DNA of 64,000 nucleotides from Chthonomonadales bacterium (lineage in GTDB: Bacteria; Armatimonadota; Chthonomonadetes; Chthonomonadales; CAJBBX01): positions 71,940 to 135,939 of the forward strand of contig JBBIPC010000005.1 in assembly GCA_037443035.1 (NCBI GenBank), read 5' to 3'. Shown here in pieces: positions 58,048-64,000 of the stretch; positions within the stretch are counted from its first letter, which is position 1, and the number at the start of each line of letters is the position of its first letter. The notes beneath the pieces were generated by a model that ran no database searches, was not told where the DNA came from, and worked only from the letters and a program-made list of their open reading frames with translations. Position numbers and translations under genes: made by a program.

Positions 58048-58854
58048 CTAGCTCTGTGCGAACCGGCGGCGCAGGAACAAGCCACCCATGCTCAGGAAGC
58101 TGCCCAGCGCAACCATGGTTCCCGCCTCTGGAACGGGATCGCAATCCTGCTGGTTCTGGCAGACCTTGAAGTAGTCGTAGGTGTAGTGACCGGAGCTGTA
58201 TAGCTGAATGTTGTTGCTCACGCCTGTCCAGGAACCATAGCCGCTCGACACGGATGCGTCCGGCCCGCTGTTCGTGGACCACACGTACGCCGTAATCTGC
58301 GCCTGGCCCAGATTGTCGACCTCGAGCTTGCCCTGGACCAGATAGGTCTGGCCAACCTGATAGTTGTAAGGAACCCGCTGGGGCGTTCCCAGGTTGCCAC
58401 GCTGGACGAGGAGGTAGTTGCCCGTTTGGTCGCTTTGCAGGCCGAACTGCAGCGCCGTCGGGGTACCAAAACCACCACCTACCACCATCACTCCGGACTG
58501 GCCGTATCCGACCTCGGGCCGGATGAGATACTCGAACCAGGTGGTGGTGTTGTTGCCACCGTAGCTACTTGTCATGTTCCGATTTGCGTAGCTGATAGAC
58601 GTCCCCGAGTAGTTGGCGGTGGTGGCGTACGGAACAGTCACCAGACCGGGGAACGTCAGCCCATAGCTCGTGATGACAAACGAACCTGGGCTGTACTCAC
58701 TCCAAGGACCAGACCAGCCGATTCCTCCGTTCTGACCGTGGAGATTACTGCCCGGTACATAGGCGAAATCGTCTTGCGCCTGGGCCAACACGGCGATTGG
58801 TACGATTGCGATCGCCAAGACGGCGATCAATGCGAACAAAGTCTTAACTCTCAC
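58048..58854 (-). CDS. PEP-CTERM-type sorting-signal surface protein
   Basis: Signal peptide; C-terminal PVPEAGTMVALGSFLSMGGLFLRRR. Confidence 0.85.
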   Translation of the reverse strand: MRVKTLFALIAVLAIAIVPIAVLAQAQDDFAYVPGSNLHGQNGGIGWSGPWSEYSPGSFVITSYGLTFPGLVTVPYATTANYSGTSISYANRNMTSSYGGNNTTTWFEYLIRPEVGYGQSGVMVVGGGFGTPTALQFGLQSDQTGNYLLVQRGNLGTPQRVPYNYQVGQTYLVQGKLEVDNLGQAQITAYVWSTNSGPDASVSSGYGSWTGVSNNIQLYSSGHYTYDYFKVCQNQQDCDPVPEAGTMVALGSFLSMGGLFLRRRFAQS

Positions 58855-58996
58855 AGGCGTTACCTACCTTTCCTTTCCACTCTTTCCGACTGCGAAGTAG
58901 TGCTCTCTTGACGTTACGCACCGCACTTGCGGCTCTCGTTGTGCGAAAGAACTAACGCCCCCTGCTCCGTCTGAGGTCGCAGGGCTGCTTGCAAAC

Positions 58997-59025
58997 AGTA
59001 TACGACGACTCGGGCGAAGTGTCAA
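58997..59025 (-). promoter_or_regulatory. Near-consensus sigma70 promoter of the PEP-CTERM gene
   Basis: Minus strand TTGACA-17 nt-TATACT. Confidence 0.8.
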
Positions 59026-59241
59026 GGGGTTGTCCGAGGATTCTTTCAACAATTTTTCTGCTGTTGCCTACCTCGAGGCTGGCGCACACGAGGTCAATAC
59101 GTGGCACGCGAACGCTGTGCTCCCACGAGCACACCCCAGCTAGACCTGCCAAGCCACTCGGTACGCGACGCATGGGGTATACCATCCTTGGAATGGCGTC
59201 TTCAGCGCCGTCCGTGACATACACTACAGGAAGGACATGCA

Positions 59242-60339
59242 ATGGCATTGGTACGCTTCGCGTCGGCTCACGTGCGGCGCTTGGATCGGAACGCGACACT
59301 CCCGGCCAAGTTCGGGCGAATGCTCGACCAGATGGGCCTCGAGCAACGCCTCAAAGGCCGGAGGGTCGCCATCAAGATGCACGTGGGTGGCGATATCGGT
59401 TTCTATACCATCCATCCCGTCTTCGTGCGTCTGCTCGTCGAGGCAGTGAAGCGAGCAGGCGGCTACCCCTACCTCACCGATGGCGCGTACTCCACCGACG
59501 CGGCCGTTGCCCGTGGTTACACTCCGGAGGTCGTCGGATGCCGCGTCGTCGGTGCTTCAGGCGAGCATGACCGGTACGTCTACGAACGGACCACCGAGGT
59601 GCCTGGTCTGGAGAAAATCGAGATCTGTGGCAACGTCGTGGACGCCGATGCTCTCATCGTCCTCAGCCACGGCAAGGGCCACGGTCACACCGGCTTCGGT
59701 GGCGCGGTGAAGAACATAGGGATGGGATGCGTGAGCTACCGCACGCGTGGCTGGATCCACGCTCTCATGTCCGGGCACTTTGCATGGCAAGGAGAGCTGT
59801 GCACCCATTGCCAGCAGTGCATCAGCGGTTGTCCCACGGGCGCTATTCGGTTCAATGAGAACGACGAGATCACCATCTCCGAGCATCACTGCCGATTCTG
59901 TATGCACTGCGTGCGTGCATGCCCGGCCGAGGCGCTGACAATGGACCAGCCCGTGGAGAAGTTCCGCCTCTTCCAGGCAGGCATGGCAGCCGTCGTCAAG
60001 GAGGTACTCCGCTGCTTCGATGCTGGCTCCGTTACGTTCATCACCGTTCTGATGAACATCACACCTCTCTGCGATTGCTGGGGCTTCTCGACACCACCGC
60101 TCGTACCGGACATCGGCATCCTTCAGAGCGACAGCATCACCGCCATCGAGCAGGCATCCCTGGACATGATCAAGACGGAGGACCTCATCCTGCGGAACGT
60201 GCCGGAGCAGATGCTGCCACTGGGTGACGAAGGCCATCTCTTCCAAAGGCTCCACGGCAAGGATCCCTACGAGCAGGTTAAACAGTGTGTGGCGGCAGGT
60301 CTGGGCTCGACGGACTATACGCTGGAGGAGATCAAGTAA
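59242..60339 (+). CDS. DUF362 domain Fe-S protein
   Basis: VAIKMHVG, SHGKGH, GGAVKNIGMGC, CTHCQQCISGCP, CRFCMHCVRACP, PLCDC. Confidence 0.88.
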   Translation: MALVRFASAHVRRLDRNATLPAKFGRMLDQMGLEQRLKGRRVAIKMHVGGDIGFYTIHPVFVRLLVEAVKRAGGYPYLTDGAYSTDAAVARGYTPEVVGCRVVGASGEHDRYVYERTTEVPGLEKIEICGNVVDADALIVLSHGKGHGHTGFGGAVKNIGMGCVSYRTRGWIHALMSGHFAWQGELCTHCQQCISGCPTGAIRFNENDEITISEHHCRFCMHCVRACPAEALTMDQPVEKFRLFQAGMAAVVKEVLRCFDAGSVTFITVLMNITPLCDCWGFSTPPLVPDIGILQSDSITAIEQASLDMIKTEDLILRNVPEQMLPLGDEGHLFQRLHGKDPYEQVKQCVAAGLGSTDYTLEEIK

Positions 60340-60396
60340 GAACGCCTCGTTAAGCCGATGGTGATCCGGGTACGGACCGTGGCCCATCCCGGCGGG

Positions 60397-63226
<2,830 letters not shown>

Positions 63227-63288
63227 GCGTGAACCCTCACTTCGTAGTTCAAGACCCCGTCTCCGATGAGAGGTATGTAGGTCTCATG

Positions 63289-64000
63289 TCAGCTCCCGGA
63301 CTGCTGGGGTTCCGGCGCTCCCCTCTTGACGGTGTAAGTGATCTTTGTCGTCCCACCATTGGGTAGGGGAATGCCCTCCATGGTCCCTTCTGCGGTCACC
63401 AGCTTGCCCGTCGTCCGGGACACGCGCACTACAACTTCACTCCGGTTCTTGACGTCCGAAGACGCACCCATTACGGGTGCTTCCGAGACGATTCTGTACC
63501 GCAGGCACTCTTCTGGCAGCTCGGCACTCTTCTTATCCACGCCCAGAAGGGTCAGTGTGACGGTGCCCTTGCGCGACTTGTCCGGTCCCAGAGGGAGTTC
63601 TTCCCGCACGGAATCCCCGATTTTCATGGGCTTCTGCACGAATACGGCCGGCCGAGCCACGTTCAGGAGTTGCCCAACTCCACCGCCCCCGAGCGCTTCC
63701 TGCTTCACGAGCTTGCCCGAGGGGTCATAGGTAGACAGGATGACTTGACCGGAACCGCCGGGGAAGGGCATTTCGGTGCCGCGTGCACGGAGCACGAAGG
63801 ACTCCACCGTCGTTGCGACGACGGCTGTGCCATCGTCCTTCACCTCTCGCGTGACATCCGAGGTCACGAGCACTGCTTCCGTGGCGTTCTGCTCGAACTT
63901 GATCGTCGTCGTGTAACGATCAGTCTCGCCTTGCTTGAACACCCGCTTGACGGTATAGGACTCCTGGCTCCAAGCGTGCGGTGCTGCCAGGACCATGGCC
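63289..64000 (-). CDS. Secreted hypothetical protein, likely paralog of the downstream gene (5' end outside window)
   Basis: End of a signal peptide; KRVFKQGETDRY; KPMKIGDS. Confidence 0.7.
   Translation of the reverse strand, partial: AMVLAAPHAWSQESYTVKRVFKQGETDRYTTTIKFEQNATEAVLVTSDVTREVKDDGTAVVATTVESFVLRARGTEMPFPGGSGQVILSTYDPSGKLVKQEALGGGGVGQLLNVARPAVFVQKPMKIGDSVREELPLGPDKSRKGTVTLTLLGVDKKSAELPEECLRYRIVSEAPVMGASSDVKNRSEVVVRVSRTTGKLVTAEGTMEGIPLPNGGTTKITYTVKRGAPEPQQSGS

Overview
GC-rich bacterial chromosomal segment of about 50 genes. The gene repertoire (DUF1559/H-X9-DG prepilin, PEP-CTERM protein, large secreted glycoside-hydrolase-like proteins) suggests a diderm such as an Armatimonadota member; this is inference only. 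The standout region is 8.8-16.2 kb. It encodes a small monoheme cytochrome, a Cyc2-like cytochrome-porin fusion, a 7-heme NapC/NirT-type membrane cytochrome, a low-potential-type Rieske protein, a fused cytochrome b with PHWY in place of PEWY, a membrane-anchored pentaheme cytochrome, a second beta-barrel-like protein and a CDF metal transporter. A Rex-like operator precedes it. Together these look like a candidate outer-membrane-to-quinone electron conduit. Just upstream is a PadR-associated NifX/MinD-ferredoxin operon. The rest is mostly housekeeping and carbohydrate genes (pepC, tandem phosphohexomutases, GH42, MFS, ligA), plus a REP/MITE-like inverted-repeat element at 47.05-47.24 kb. I found no rRNA, complete tRNA, CRISPR array, transposase or integrase. 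All calls come from reading motifs by eye; no searches were run.
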